Source: an uncultured Nitrospiraceae bacterium (lineage in GTDB: Bacteria > Nitrospirota > Nitrospiria > Nitrospirales > Nitrospiraceae). From it: DNA of 64,000 bases. The position numbers were made by a program, and so were the translations under genes. Below are positions 51,665 through 61,806 of the stretch, in pieces. The notes beneath the pieces were generated by a model. The model searched no databases. It saw nothing but the letters and a program-made list of their open reading frames with translations, and was not told where the DNA came from. The DNA lies in contig CAVSTP010000004.1 in NCBI GenBank assembly GCA_963730935.1, positions 1,184,001-1,248,000 of the forward strand. The letters are read 5' to 3'. The number at the start of each line of letters is the position of its first letter. The stretch's first letter is position 1.

Positions 51665-53113
51665 TTATGTTCCTGCTGTGCGCCCGTAATCATCTTTGAA
51701 ACGGACGATGTCGTCTTCTCCGAGATACGGGCCATCCTGAACTTCGATGATGTGCAGGGTGTCCTGACCAGGATTTTCCAACCGGTGCTTTGTCTCGACC
51801 GGGATGGCTGTGCTTTCGCCGATCTGCAAGTTAAAGACTTCCTCACCTCGGGTCACCCGAGCGGTGCCGGCGATCACGACCCAATGTTCGCTGCGCTTGT
51901 GGTGGAGCTGTAAGGAGAGCCGGCCGCCGGCGTGGACCGTGACCCGCTTCACCTTGTAGCCCGGTCCTTCTTCGAGAACCGTGTAGGAGCCCCAGGGCCG
52001 ATGCACGGTCAGATGCTCCAAATGCTCCGGAGCCCGCTGCTGCTTAAGAATGTCGACGATCCGTTTTACGTCCTGCGCACGGGACTTCGGACAGACCAGC
52101 GTGGCATCCGGAGTATCTACCACGACCATGTCGGTCAAACCGATCGTCGCTACGACCCGCCGGTCTCCATACACCACAGACCGCTGACTCCCAATATCGA
52201 CGACCCGGCCGACGACGACGTTGCCGGCCTTGTCCTTCGCAGCCACTTCGTCCAAGCTGCCCCAACTCCCGACGTCGGACCACTTGAACCCCACAGGCAC
52301 CATGGCCGCCTTGTCGGACTTTTCCATGACGCCGTTGTCTATCGAGATGGACGGCAACCGGCGATACTCGTCATCGATGGCGCTTTTTGAGGCCTTCTGC
52401 TCCATCAAGCGGCCGATGTGATCAATCCCACGCCCAAGCGCGGGCTGATGACGGCGGATCTCCTCAAGAATCGTCGCAGCGCGCCAGACGAACATCCCGC
52501 TGTTCCAGTAATAATCGCCCGCCTTGAGATATTGCGCCGCCTTGACAGCATCGGGCTTTTCGACGAAGCGGCCTACGCGATAGCCCTTGAGCGTTCCTCG
52601 TTTACCCAGGACCTTCTTGCGGTCCGGCTTGATGTAGCCATAGCCGGTTTCTGGCCTGATCGGCTTGATCCCGAACGTGACCAACAGGCCCTGTTCAGCC
52701 AGTTCGGCTGCCAAGGCCACTGCGGCGTCGAACTCCTTCTGCCCTTTGACAATATGGTCGGCCGGCACCACCAACATGACCGCGTCGGGGTCCCGCCGCA
52801 CCAGTTCCAGAGCCACCAGCGCAATGGCCGGCGCCGTATTCCGCCCTTCCGGCTCGAGCACAAAATTATCTTTCAACGCATCCTTCCATCCACTCAGCTG
52901 CACCCGGATGGATTCGGCCTGAGGCGGATTCGTGGAAATAATGACTCGCTCCGGCGGGGCCCCGGTCACGACCCGTCGCATAGTCTGTTGGATCAGCGTT
53001 TCGTCGCCGATGATCCTCAGCAATTGTTTCGGAAACAGCTGCCGGCTCAGCGGCCAAAACCTCGTGCCGCTGCCCCCGGCCATAATCACCGGATACACGG
53101 TTGGCATGTTCAT
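51665..53113 (-). CDS. manC: Mannose-1-phosphate guanylyltransferase/mannose-6-phosphate isomerase
   Basis: MAGGSGTRFWPLSR..PKQ, GRNTAPA, FVEKP, WNSGMF, cupin RPWG..SLQLHHKRSEHW. Confidence 0.95.
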   Translation of the reverse strand: MNMPTVYPVIMAGGSGTRFWPLSRQLFPKQLLRIIGDETLIQQTMRRVVTGAPPERVIISTNPPQAESIRVQLSGWKDALKDNFVLEPEGRNTAPAIALVALELVRRDPDAVMLVVPADHIVKGQKEFDAAVALAAELAEQGLLVTFGIKPIRPETGYGYIKPDRKKVLGKRGTLKGYRVGRFVEKPDAVKAAQYLKAGDYYWNSGMFVWRAATILEEIRRHQPALGRGIDHIGRLMEQKASKSAIDDEYRRLPSISIDNGVMEKSDKAAMVPVGFKWSDVGSWGSLDEVAAKDKAGNVVVGRVVDIGSQRSVVYGDRRVVATIGLTDMVVVDTPDATLVCPKSRAQDVKRIVDILKQQRAPEHLEHLTVHRPWGSYTVLEEGPGYKVKRVTVHAGGRLSLQLHHKRSEHWVVIAGTARVTRGEEVFNLQIGESTAIPVETKHRLENPGQDTLHIIEVQDGPYLGEDDIVRFKDDYGRTAGT

Positions 53114-53655
53114 CGGATTTTGCCCCCGATGGCATTGACCGATTTGTGCTGAGCCCCAAGAATCATTTCGATGATTTCACGCACGGCCCCCTCGCCGCCT
53201 TTCTTTGCACAGACATAGTCCACTACCGCTACCGCTTGAGGCATACCATCCGCAGGCGTGGCGGAGAACCCGACCGCCTTCAAGGTGGCGACATCGTTCA
53301 CGTCGTCTCCAATGTAGGCCACTTCTTCCATGGCAAGCCCGAGTCGTTCCACCATCTCACGAACCAAGGTCAGCTTGTCCATGATGCCCTGGTGCACCTC
53401 CGGAATCATGAGCTTTTCCCCTCTCCGCGCCACCAGCTTCGTGCGCTCCTGTGTCACGATGGCGGTGATAATGCCCGCCCGCTGCAGGAGCTTGATGCCC
53501 ATACCGTCCCGGGTATTGAATTTCTTCAGTTCCTCCCCGGACTCCGAATAGTACATGCCGGCATCCGTCAACACACCGTCCACATCGGTGGCGAAAAGAC
53601 GGATTCGTTTCAGAGTCGATGCCAAGGCCTTTCCCGGGCGCTTTCTCGTAGTCAT
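53110..53655 (-). CDS. KdsC-like HAD phosphatase
   Basis: DVDGVLTD, KKFNTRDG, YIGDDVND, GGEGAVRE. Confidence 0.85.
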   Translation of the reverse strand: MTTRKRPGKALASTLKRIRLFATDVDGVLTDAGMYYSESGEELKKFNTRDGMGIKLLQRAGIITAIVTQERTKLVARRGEKLMIPEVHQGIMDKLTLVREMVERLGLAMEEVAYIGDDVNDVATLKAVGFSATPADGMPQAVAVVDYVCAKKGGEGAVREIIEMILGAQHKSVNAIGGKIR

Positions 53656-53751
53656 AGGTCCTTGATCCCTCTGTTGGGTCTGCTCTAGGGCCATCTTACT
53701 GGCTCAGGAGCACAGTTCAAAACAAAAAATTAAGGGGGGGGTAGGCGTGGA

Positions 53752-54600
53752 TCAGGCGGGCGAGAGGGGATGGGAGATGCTCTTCATGAATCTGAACAGG
53801 GCATCCTGCCAATCGGGCAGTGCGGAGTACTGCGTCGCAAACCGGTCGTGAGAGAGCACCGAATAGGCGGGCCGTTTCGCCGGCCTTCCGGCTTGAGCCG
53901 TCGTGATCGGCCGAACCGCGGTCTTTATCGCTGTCTGACTGACAATCGCTTGGGCGAATTCATACCAAGAGCAGTCGCCGCTGTTGGTCACGTGACAGAT
54001 CCCCCGAAGATCACTCGTGGCGAGCCGCTTGAGCGCATGAGCCAAATCTTCGGCATAGGTCGGACAGCCTCGCTGGTCGGCCACAATCTCGAGCTCCGGC
54101 CGCTCCTCTGTCAGACGCATGATCGTCTTGACAAAATTGTTGCCGTCATGACCAAACAGCCAGGCGGTCCGCACCACGAGACCATCCGGACAGAGCGTCA
54201 ACACCGCATGCTCACCTTCGTATTTTGAGAGGCCATACTGGTTGAGCGGGTGAGGCTGGTCCTGCTCATGGTACGGGCTTGTCTTCATCCCATCAAAGAC
54301 ATAGTCGGTGGACAGGTAGATGAGACGAGCGTTGAGCGCTTTTGCCGCCTGCGCCACCCGCCTCGTCCCTTGCGCATTGACGGCGTGAGCCTGCTCCGGA
54401 TCACGCTCAGCCTGATCCACGCTGGTATAGGCTCCGACATGCAGGATGATGTCGGGGTTTGCCCGTCTAATCTCGTCTTCGCACGCGGGGTTTGTGAGAT
54501 CGAACTCAGGCAGGTCTTTCAGGACGAGGTCCTGCCCTGCCAGAATCCGCTTTAACGCGCTCCCCAACTGTCCCTGTGATCCGGTGATTAGGATCCGCAT
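53752..54600 (-). CDS. rfbD: dTDP-4-dehydrorhamnose reductase
   Basis: ITGSQGQLG, AYTSVD, STDYVFDG, YGLSK, DQRGCPT, RPAYS. Confidence 0.94.
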   Translation of the reverse strand: MRILITGSQGQLGSALKRILAGQDLVLKDLPEFDLTNPACEDEIRRANPDIILHVGAYTSVDQAERDPEQAHAVNAQGTRRVAQAAKALNARLIYLSTDYVFDGMKTSPYHEQDQPHPLNQYGLSKYEGEHAVLTLCPDGLVVRTAWLFGHDGNNFVKTIMRLTEERPELEIVADQRGCPTYAEDLAHALKRLATSDLRGICHVTNSGDCSWYEFAQAIVSQTAIKTAVRPITTAQAGRPAKRPAYSVLSHDRFATQYSALPDWQDALFRFMKSISHPLSPA

Positions 54601-54605
54601 GACGG

Positions 54606-55628
54606 CTATGCCGAAGAACCTTCCCTCAGACGTTTCCCATACATCGCTTCGTAATAAGCACGGAACTCTCCCGATTTGATCGACCGCCACCAGGACTCGT
54701 TCTTTCGATACCACTCCACGGTGGCCTTGAGCCCATCGTTGAGCGGAACCGTGGGCTGCCACCCTATCTTCGTCAACTTCCGTGAATCTACGGCGTAGCG
54801 CCGGTCATGGCCGGGCCGGTCTTCGACAAATCGGATCAGAGACTTGGGTTTTCCCAATAGCGACAAGAGCTGTTCAGCCACGTCGAGGTTTTCCCGTTCA
54901 TTGCCTCCGCCGATGTTATAGATCTGTCCAGGCTCACCGTCGCTTAGGACTCGCTCAATGGCGGCACAGTGATCCTCAACCGCCAACCAGTCGCGCCGTT
55001 GGCGACCATCGCCGTATAGGGGCAAGGGCTGATCGTCTATTGCGTTCGTTACGAACAGCGGGATGAATTTTTCCGGATACTGGTTGGGCCCATAGGTGTT
55101 GCTTCCTCGCGTCACCATGACGGGAAACCGATAGGTGGTCCAGAAGCTCAAGGTCAGCAGATCACCTCCCGCTTTGCTGGCCGAGTACGGGCTCCTCGGG
55201 ACGAGTCGGTCCTCTTCGGTGGACGTCCCCGTTTCAACCGATCCGTACACCTCATCGGTGCTCACCTGGACAAATCGTTTTACGCCGGCCGTGCGCGCTT
55301 CTTCGAGCAAGACCCCGGTTCCTACGACATCAGTGTTCGCAAAACTGCCCGGGTCCAGAATGGACCGGTCGACGTGCGTCTCAGCGGCAGCATTGATTAC
55401 GCCTTCGATCTGATGCTCTTCCAACAATCGTTTGACGAGCGCTTGATCGGCGATGTCGCCATGGACAAATCGGTATCGAGCATGCCCGTTGAGATCCTGC
55501 GTATTTGCGGGATTGCCGGAATACTTGAGCGCGTCGAGATTTACGACCTGGTGGCCGTCTTGGATCACCAACCGCCGAACGAGATGCGAGCCGATGAATC
55601 CCGCTCCTCCCGTTACCAGAATGTTCAT
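54606..55628 (-). CDS. rfbB: dTDP-glucose 4,6-dehydratase
   Basis: TGGAGFIGS, AETHVDRSI, STDEVYG, YSASKA, PEKFIP, DRPGHDRRY. Confidence 0.96.
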   Translation of the reverse strand: MNILVTGGAGFIGSHLVRRLVIQDGHQVVNLDALKYSGNPANTQDLNGHARYRFVHGDIADQALVKRLLEEHQIEGVINAAAETHVDRSILDPGSFANTDVVGTGVLLEEARTAGVKRFVQVSTDEVYGSVETGTSTEEDRLVPRSPYSASKAGGDLLTLSFWTTYRFPVMVTRGSNTYGPNQYPEKFIPLFVTNAIDDQPLPLYGDGRQRRDWLAVEDHCAAIERVLSDGEPGQIYNIGGGNERENLDVAEQLLSLLGKPKSLIRFVEDRPGHDRRYAVDSRKLTKIGWQPTVPLNDGLKATVEWYRKNESWWRSIKSGEFRAYYEAMYGKRLREGSSA

Positions 55629-55913
55629 GAGTGCGTCTCAGTGCAACTTATTGACCGCTTTGTCATTGGGGTGGATCGTCCTGGGCTTAGCCGCACCATA
55701 ATAGTCGCTTCTGAGCAACACCTACTAGGATCGAAGCAACTCATTCGAGCCTAGTCGTTCTGAGTGCCCTGTCACTGATTGTTAATCGAGAATCGCACCG
55801 ACCGTCAACGCGAGGCTTTCCTTCGAGTCCCATGTTTCCGCTTTACACAGCACAAGGAAAGGAAAAGTCGCCTTACGAGGTAGGGGTTTCTATCATCAAG
55901 GAGCTCGTAACCG

Positions 55914-57092
55914 TCACATCCCTTTTTCGTCGGTTCGAGCATTCACGACTTGTCTTCTTCTATTTCGGGCTGCTAAACGTGGCCACACTTGGTTGGTCTC
56001 GGACAACGTTTCTGAGGTCTTAGGCTTCATCCGCAAAAGAACGCCAGCATCCAGCGGATCCTGATACTGCGTGGGTTTCGCGTTAGGCTCATTTCGCATA
56101 AGGAGCAGCCTCAAAAACAATAAGAGCTTCCTCAAGAGGCCTTGCCGGCGAAGAGGCAATCGATGAATCGTCCATAAGCGGCGCACGGTACCCTGTCCTG
56201 AACAAGAAACAAAACCGTCAAGCAGTTCCAAACTCTCACTTGAGCAATTTACTTTTTTCCCTCTAATACGTTCACTGAGAACCTTTGCTTGGCCAATTGG
56301 TCCCAACATGTAATCCTGGATTTTTGATAGACGCTTTCGAACGGCGGAGAGATTCACTAGCCTGTCCACCGTCAGAGCTCCAATCTGATTTGTTGAATGT
56401 TGGCGGTATTGAACAAGTGGTTCATCTATGTAACCAATTCGACCACACGCAGCGGCGCAGATTGCCAACCACCAATCGTGCAGAACGACCTCATCAGGAA
56501 TAGGAGTGACGAATTCCAAAAGATCGCGATTGATGACGACAGCACAACCGGTGACGAGGTTCTGAGTCAAGAGAACGTGTATGGGATTCTGAGACTCATG
56601 CCTTAGTTTTTCATAACGCATGAAGGACGGATGTATTTGATGGAGCTCTTCATCGACTACTTCCAAATCTGAGTAACATAACAAAGGCGTACCAGGTGCA
56701 TATTGTCTCTCCATTTCCTGTAGAGACCGAAGCTGGCGTGCAATCTTATGAGGTCGCCAAATATCATCCTGATCGGAGAAGAAAATTGCATCAGCGCCTT
56801 CCGCTAATGCCACCTGCATTAACGCGGCGAAGTTCTTAGTCGTTCCCCTGCCCTCGCGTTCATCATGGAGAAGCCGTATACGGGTGTCCCTCGCAGCAAA
56901 GTCTTCGATAATATCTTTTGAATGATCATCCGATCCATCATCTCTGACCAGCAAAGTCCAATTCGAAATTGTTTGTCCTTGAATGCTCTGGATTTGTTCA
57001 GATAAATACTTTTCCCCATTGTAAGCAGCTAACAGGATAAGGATCTTCTTCCTTTCCCCGCGTAACTCCAAGGCTTCGATCGGATTTTGCAT
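55914..57092 (-). CDS. GT2 glycosyltransferase (rhamnosyltransferase-like)
   Basis: AAYNGEKYL, RDDGSDD, SDQDDIW, VTGC, HDWW, YRQH. Confidence 0.9.
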   Translation of the reverse strand: MQNPIEALELRGERKKILILLAAYNGEKYLSEQIQSIQGQTISNWTLLVRDDGSDDHSKDIIEDFAARDTRIRLLHDEREGRGTTKNFAALMQVALAEGADAIFFSDQDDIWRPHKIARQLRSLQEMERQYAPGTPLLCYSDLEVVDEELHQIHPSFMRYEKLRHESQNPIHVLLTQNLVTGCAVVINRDLLEFVTPIPDEVVLHDWWLAICAAACGRIGYIDEPLVQYRQHSTNQIGALTVDRLVNLSAVRKRLSKIQDYMLGPIGQAKVLSERIRGKKVNCSSESLELLDGFVSCSGQGTVRRLWTIHRLPLRRQGLLRKLLLFLRLLLMRNEPNAKPTQYQDPLDAGVLLRMKPKTSETLSETNQVWPRLAARNRRRQVVNARTDEKGM

Positions 57093-57173
57093 GTGAACAA
57101 GATTGGCGTTTGAGAACACAACTTATATTGTTGCTTATTAGTTTCTAGATATTCAACCTTAAAAAGCCGCACG

Positions 57174-57298
57174 TTATCCAGGCGAAAACATGTGCTCCCA
57201 GAGCATTTCAAAAACTAAAGAGCCCGGCGCTTCCCGTCTACCAACCTCCAGCAACTATCGACGATATATGGATTGGCTGGGCGGTTCGTTCTTATACA
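57174..57298 (-). pseudogene. Possible degraded gene fragment (DUF3431-like C-terminus)
   Basis: Manual translation ...SIYRR*LLEVGRREAPGSLVFEMLWEHMFSPG* with internal stop. Confidence 0.25.
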
Positions 57299-57391
57299 TG
57301 GATTTAGATGTTCCAGGTGATTAGCGCTATCGCGGTAGATAGGGCACCCTTTTTATCATTAACTCCACGGACAAATACCCGAATCAGCTCA

Positions 57392-58372
57392 CTAAGTACT
57401 ATCCACCGGAAACAGCCTCTTTGACGTTTGACACGATTGAGTTTTTTGCAAGGTCACAAAAAACTCACAACCAACTGTTTCGAATTCAGCTTTTATATCA
57501 AAGCGAATCAATCCGAGCGCTCGAAGGTCGTAAACTATTGCTCGGAAACTTGCTGGGGTGAATCGCCAATTATGAATATCAAAGTATCCATCCGTAGTTC
57601 GTGCTTGTTGCCAGTTTTTTATCGCGTCGGAAAAATCATGAACAAACTCGATTGTCCCTCGAGTATCGGCATCCCAAGCGATTTGTCCATTTCGCTTCGT
57701 TGCTCCTGCAAAATGGTCAAAGACCTTACCCGGTGATGGACGCCTTCTCTTTTGATCGTAGGCATCCAAGAGTTCACCGGTAGAGGTAGGCCCATGGAGA
57801 TAGTCGAAACAATATTGTTTATCAGGAACAATTAATGATAGTACTCCGTCATCTTTAAGCAATTCTTCGCACTCTCCAAGGAAGGAAATCAAATCTGGCC
57901 TATGCTCAATGACATGACTGGCAATAATCCAGTCATAACAGCCTTTACGGCCTATTAATTGAGCCACTGGCTCACCGCGCCAGACAAAATCCACCTCCTC
58001 AATGTTTGCAAGGTTGACACCATGCCCCATATATTTTACGCGGAGTTCCTCGGCGCTGGCATGATCCAAAATATGGACATTAAATCCCTCTTTCTTTGAC
58101 GCGATGGGACTGTAGCTTGGACCGACCTCCAGTCCTAAGCCGTTTCGATTGATCATGACCAAGGCCTTTTCACGTCTTTCGTGCAAAGGTTCTTGTTCCC
58201 CCTTAAATATCTTTCTCAGTCTCTTAAGTCCCTTCCATCTCTCCCGCTTTAAGATAGCCACCACTTTCCAGAGAGCCGGTTTCACTCCTCCACTACGGCG
58301 TACCGAGATGTTGAGAACCTCCTTTAGCCGGCGCAATTTATTTGAATTGGACGATTCAACTGAGAGGGACAT
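57392..58372 (-). CDS. SAM-dependent methyltransferase
   Basis: GLEVGP, YDWIIASHVIEH, LLKDDGVL, VPD. Confidence 0.85.
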   Translation of the reverse strand: MSLSVESSNSNKLRRLKEVLNISVRRSGGVKPALWKVVAILKRERWKGLKRLRKIFKGEQEPLHERREKALVMINRNGLGLEVGPSYSPIASKKEGFNVHILDHASAEELRVKYMGHGVNLANIEEVDFVWRGEPVAQLIGRKGCYDWIIASHVIEHRPDLISFLGECEELLKDDGVLSLIVPDKQYCFDYLHGPTSTGELLDAYDQKRRRPSPGKVFDHFAGATKRNGQIAWDADTRGTIEFVHDFSDAIKNWQQARTTDGYFDIHNWRFTPASFRAIVYDLRALGLIRFDIKAEFETVGCEFFVTLQKTQSCQTSKRLFPVDST

Positions 58373-58395
58373 TTTTAGAGGCAGATCGCGTTTAA

Positions 58396-61300
58396 CTAGT
58401 AGCGGAGGTCCACACGTGGCGGCCATGCCAAGCTGAAATCCTCTAACTTGAGGGTTAAGTTTGGGCTGTAGGCCGGGTCTCGAAGGAGCACATCACCCCA
58501 ACGTTCGTTCAAATATTGCGCTTCCTTCTGAAATCGTAACTCCTTTTCCGGAGTGTTCTCATATCCTCTCGTTGCTGATTCGTGGTGATACAGCTCCGCA
58601 TAAGGAGTCCACACATTGCGATAACCGGCTTCGCGGACTCGTAGACAGAAATCAATGTCGTTCAAAGCCACTTGAAGGGATTCGTTGAATCCGCCTACCT
58701 TGTCGTACACTTCCTTTCTAATTACGAGACATGCAGCAGTCACAGCCGAAACCGATTGAGTCAGTTTCGCACGATGAAAATACCCGCTCAGGTTGCGCGG
58801 GAGCCGTTTGTGCGCATGCCCCGATACCCCATTAATACCAAGTATCACACCTCCGTGTTGAAGCGTCCCATCGGGATATAGCAGTCTGGCCCCGACGGCT
58901 CCGACATCCGGCTGAAGTGCATGGCTCACCATTTCGGAGAGCCAGTCCGGCGAAATGACTTCAATGTCGTTATTCAGAAGCGCCAAGAGGGTGCCGTGTG
59001 CCAGTCTGGATGCGGCATTATTGAGCGCCGAAAAGTTAAAGGGACGATCGTCTCGAAGGACCCGTATGTTTGACTGGCACTCCAGCGATGTGAGGTAGTT
59101 GAGTGTCTCGCTTTGGTCTGATCCATTATCCACGATGATGATCTCGTAATTGTAATAGGTCGTTTTCTTAAGCACGCTCGTGATGCATCGTCGTAGTAAG
59201 TCGAAGCCGTTTCTCGTAGGAATAATCACACTGACTAATGGAAGGTGTTCAGGCAATTTATAACGAATCCGATGCATCATGAAATCATTCAATGGCTCTA
59301 CCCAACCAGCGATGCCTCTCCGCTCTAAATGTTCGTTAATCGCTTTCTTCCCGGCCTTAAAGGCGTAAGGTTTTGCAGCCAATCCTGCCGCCGTACTTCC
59401 CCGATGCATACGCCAGTGATACAGCACGCGCGGAATGTGGATGATCTGTTTGGGCGTAATCCGCTCGATACTTCGGAGAGCCAGATCGTAGTCTTGAGCT
59501 CCTTCGAATCCCCGCCGAAAACCGCCCAGCTCTCTGACCATGGCTGTCCGATAGACGCCGAGATGACAGATCATGTTGTGGGAAAAAAAGAGCTCGGGAT
59601 TCCAGTCGCATTTGAAATATGGAGTGGACCGTTTCCCTTCCAAGTCAATTTTATCTTCATCCGAATAAATCAATTCCGCGTCCGGATTGTTCGCGATCGC
59701 ATCGGCGACCCAAAACAGTGCATGTTCAGCAAGGACGTCGTCATGGTCCAGTAGGGCGAAATATTCACCGGTTACCGCCTCCAACGCTGTGTTCGACGCG
59801 GCAGAAATATGCCCATTGGTTGGTCGGAAGATCACTTTAATCCTTGAATCTTCGGATGCATATCGCTCTAGCGTGGAACGTACGCGAGGATCGGTCGACG
59901 CATCGTCTGCAATACAAAGTTCCCAATAGGGATATAATTGCCCTCGGACGGATTCGATGGCTTCAACGAGCCATTGGGTATTCGTGTTATAGACAGGCAT
60001 AAGCACCGAGAGGAGCGGCCTGCGTGCTAATCCTTCAACACGCCTGCGTATGCCGGATCGAACGTCGTCGGTGATCGCATCGTAGCAGCGCATCCAGTCG
60101 TTATACTGCTTGTGTTCAATCCGAATGGAAGCCCATTTTTGTATGAGCCCCTTCAATCCCTCACGCTTGAGAAGCCGCACCGTCTTAGCAAGAACCAGTT
60201 TGACCCCGCCGCTACGGCGAAACACCGCCGTGATGGTTTGATTAGCGGTCCTGCCCGCCCTCACCACTCTCTTCAGGGATGATACAGTTCGACTTGCGCG
60301 AGTCGACGCCAGGAACGCGCGAGCCGTTCTCAGGGGTTGAGTAAGGCGCCAAGACGTTGAAGCAAGCAGGGATTGGATCTCTTTGTCGCGTTCAGCGATG
60401 GCCCGTCTCAGGGTGACCGTCGCACCATCGATTCCTTGCTCCAATCCTTTGACACGCTGATGCATAAACTCGATGTAGCGTGCATGCTCGATGAATAGAT
60501 CTCCGGTCGAACATTCGGATCGGCGCTTTCCCAAATCAGCCAACAATCGCAACTTGCGCGCAAGCCGTAAGGGCACAGGCTCATTGAGATTTTCTCTCTG
60601 CCAAATGGCAGACGATAACCCAGGATCGAAGCTGGCACACGCAACCTTGTAAAGCTGTTCCAATCCCCTCGCTTGCGATTTGACGTCAAAATACTGCTCG
60701 GCCAAGAGGCGGCCCGCCCGTCCGATCGCGTCAGCTTTCTCAGGGTCGGAGAACAACTCTATACACTTGTCTGCAATTTCTTCCGCACTTCCAGTGCGCA
60801 ACAGGACCGCGTTGATTCCATCAGCGAACAAGTGGGCAATGTTGACGTCCGGAATGACGACAGGGCGAGCCATTCCTAAAAATTCAGGAATCTTTCCCGG
60901 CAGACGAAGATCCTCAAACGGATCAATTTCGCCAGGCTGCACGAACACATCGGCGAGAGACAAAATGCCGGGCAGTTCAGCTTTCGGCACCAAACCAAGA
61001 TCGCTGATCTTGGATCGGCTTTCCGCGGTGAGTGTGTCAAGAAAGTCCAGCGGGCGAATGCCGGTGCGCAACAATCTGCACGGATATCCACGATGATTGA
61101 TGATGGCGATTGCTTTGCAAAGCTTCTCGATAGCAGACTTTTTGAATTGATCGACGCCGCCATGATACACGATGACCCGCTCCGTCTCGCCAACGCCGTA
61201 TTTCTTTCTCAAACGTGCATCCGGCTGCTGCGGAGAGAACAATTGAAGGTCTACGCCGATCATGACGGTCTGACAGTGGACCCATGGCGGCACCTCATTT

Positions 61301-61791
61301 TTTAACTTCTCTTGAATCACCGCCACCGCATCGGCAAGGCCTATGAAGCTGGGATAGCGGAAAGGATGAGACAAGCCGTCTGGCAGTACCTGGGCAATGG
61401 TGAGATCGGTCTCCCCTCCCAGCGTCTTCTCCTGCAGCCCCAACTCATGGAGAGCGATCCAGCGTTCATTGTCTTCCAGATATACGACTAAGGGTGTGGG
61501 AAATTTGGCCAGGTAGGACGTCACGAATCGTCGCACGACTTCTCGAGGGGTGCAGGCATGAATGACATCGGCGACGCGGCCATCCGGAAAGACGGCCGTC
61601 GGCTCGGCCAGTACGTCCTCGTACAGAGCTGGTCGGAACGTGGGGTTCGCGTAGAGACTAGCCGTGTCGAGACCGCTTGGTACCGCAATCGCGCAATGGT
61701 GTCCTGCTGAACGAAGCTCACGCGCGTAAAGCGTCAAAGGATTGGCACTATTGCTGGTGAAATTCCCGTATAGGACGAACAGAATATTCAT
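58396..61791 (-). CDS. Multidomain glycosyltransferase (GT4 - coiled coil - GT2 - GT2)
   Basis: N-terminal GT-B (ADVFVQP..PGKIPEF); linker LLASTSWRLTQPLR; SVLMPVYN..LDHDD..QDYD; SVIIPTRN..LLNND..NDIDFC. Confidence 0.9.
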   Translation of the reverse strand: MNILFVLYGNFTSNSANPLTLYARELRSAGHHCAIAVPSGLDTASLYANPTFRPALYEDVLAEPTAVFPDGRVADVIHACTPREVVRRFVTSYLAKFPTPLVVYLEDNERWIALHELGLQEKTLGGETDLTIAQVLPDGLSHPFRYPSFIGLADAVAVIQEKLKNEVPPWVHCQTVMIGVDLQLFSPQQPDARLRKKYGVGETERVIVYHGGVDQFKKSAIEKLCKAIAIINHRGYPCRLLRTGIRPLDFLDTLTAESRSKISDLGLVPKAELPGILSLADVFVQPGEIDPFEDLRLPGKIPEFLGMARPVVIPDVNIAHLFADGINAVLLRTGSAEEIADKCIELFSDPEKADAIGRAGRLLAEQYFDVKSQARGLEQLYKVACASFDPGLSSAIWQRENLNEPVPLRLARKLRLLADLGKRRSECSTGDLFIEHARYIEFMHQRVKGLEQGIDGATVTLRRAIAERDKEIQSLLASTSWRLTQPLRTARAFLASTRASRTVSSLKRVVRAGRTANQTITAVFRRSGGVKLVLAKTVRLLKREGLKGLIQKWASIRIEHKQYNDWMRCYDAITDDVRSGIRRRVEGLARRPLLSVLMPVYNTNTQWLVEAIESVRGQLYPYWELCIADDASTDPRVRSTLERYASEDSRIKVIFRPTNGHISAASNTALEAVTGEYFALLDHDDVLAEHALFWVADAIANNPDAELIYSDEDKIDLEGKRSTPYFKCDWNPELFFSHNMICHLGVYRTAMVRELGGFRRGFEGAQDYDLALRSIERITPKQIIHIPRVLYHWRMHRGSTAAGLAAKPYAFKAGKKAINEHLERRGIAGWVEPLNDFMMHRIRYKLPEHLPLVSVIIPTRNGFDLLRRCITSVLKKTTYYNYEIIIVDNGSDQSETLNYLTSLECQSNIRVLRDDRPFNFSALNNAASRLAHGTLLALLNNDIEVISPDWLSEMVSHALQPDVGAVGARLLYPDGTLQHGGVILGINGVSGHAHKRLPRNLSGYFHRAKLTQSVSAVTAACLVIRKEVYDKVGGFNESLQVALNDIDFCLRVREAGYRNVWTPYAELYHHESATRGYENTPEKELRFQKEAQYLNERWGDVLLRDPAYSPNLTLKLEDFSLAWPPRVDLRY

Positions 61792-61806
61792 GCGCGTTCA
61801 GATCGA

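Noticed and set aside
53734..53741. G8 homopolymer as phase-variation tract
   Set aside because: Intergenic, upstream of the putative -35, short; no evidence of a functional effect
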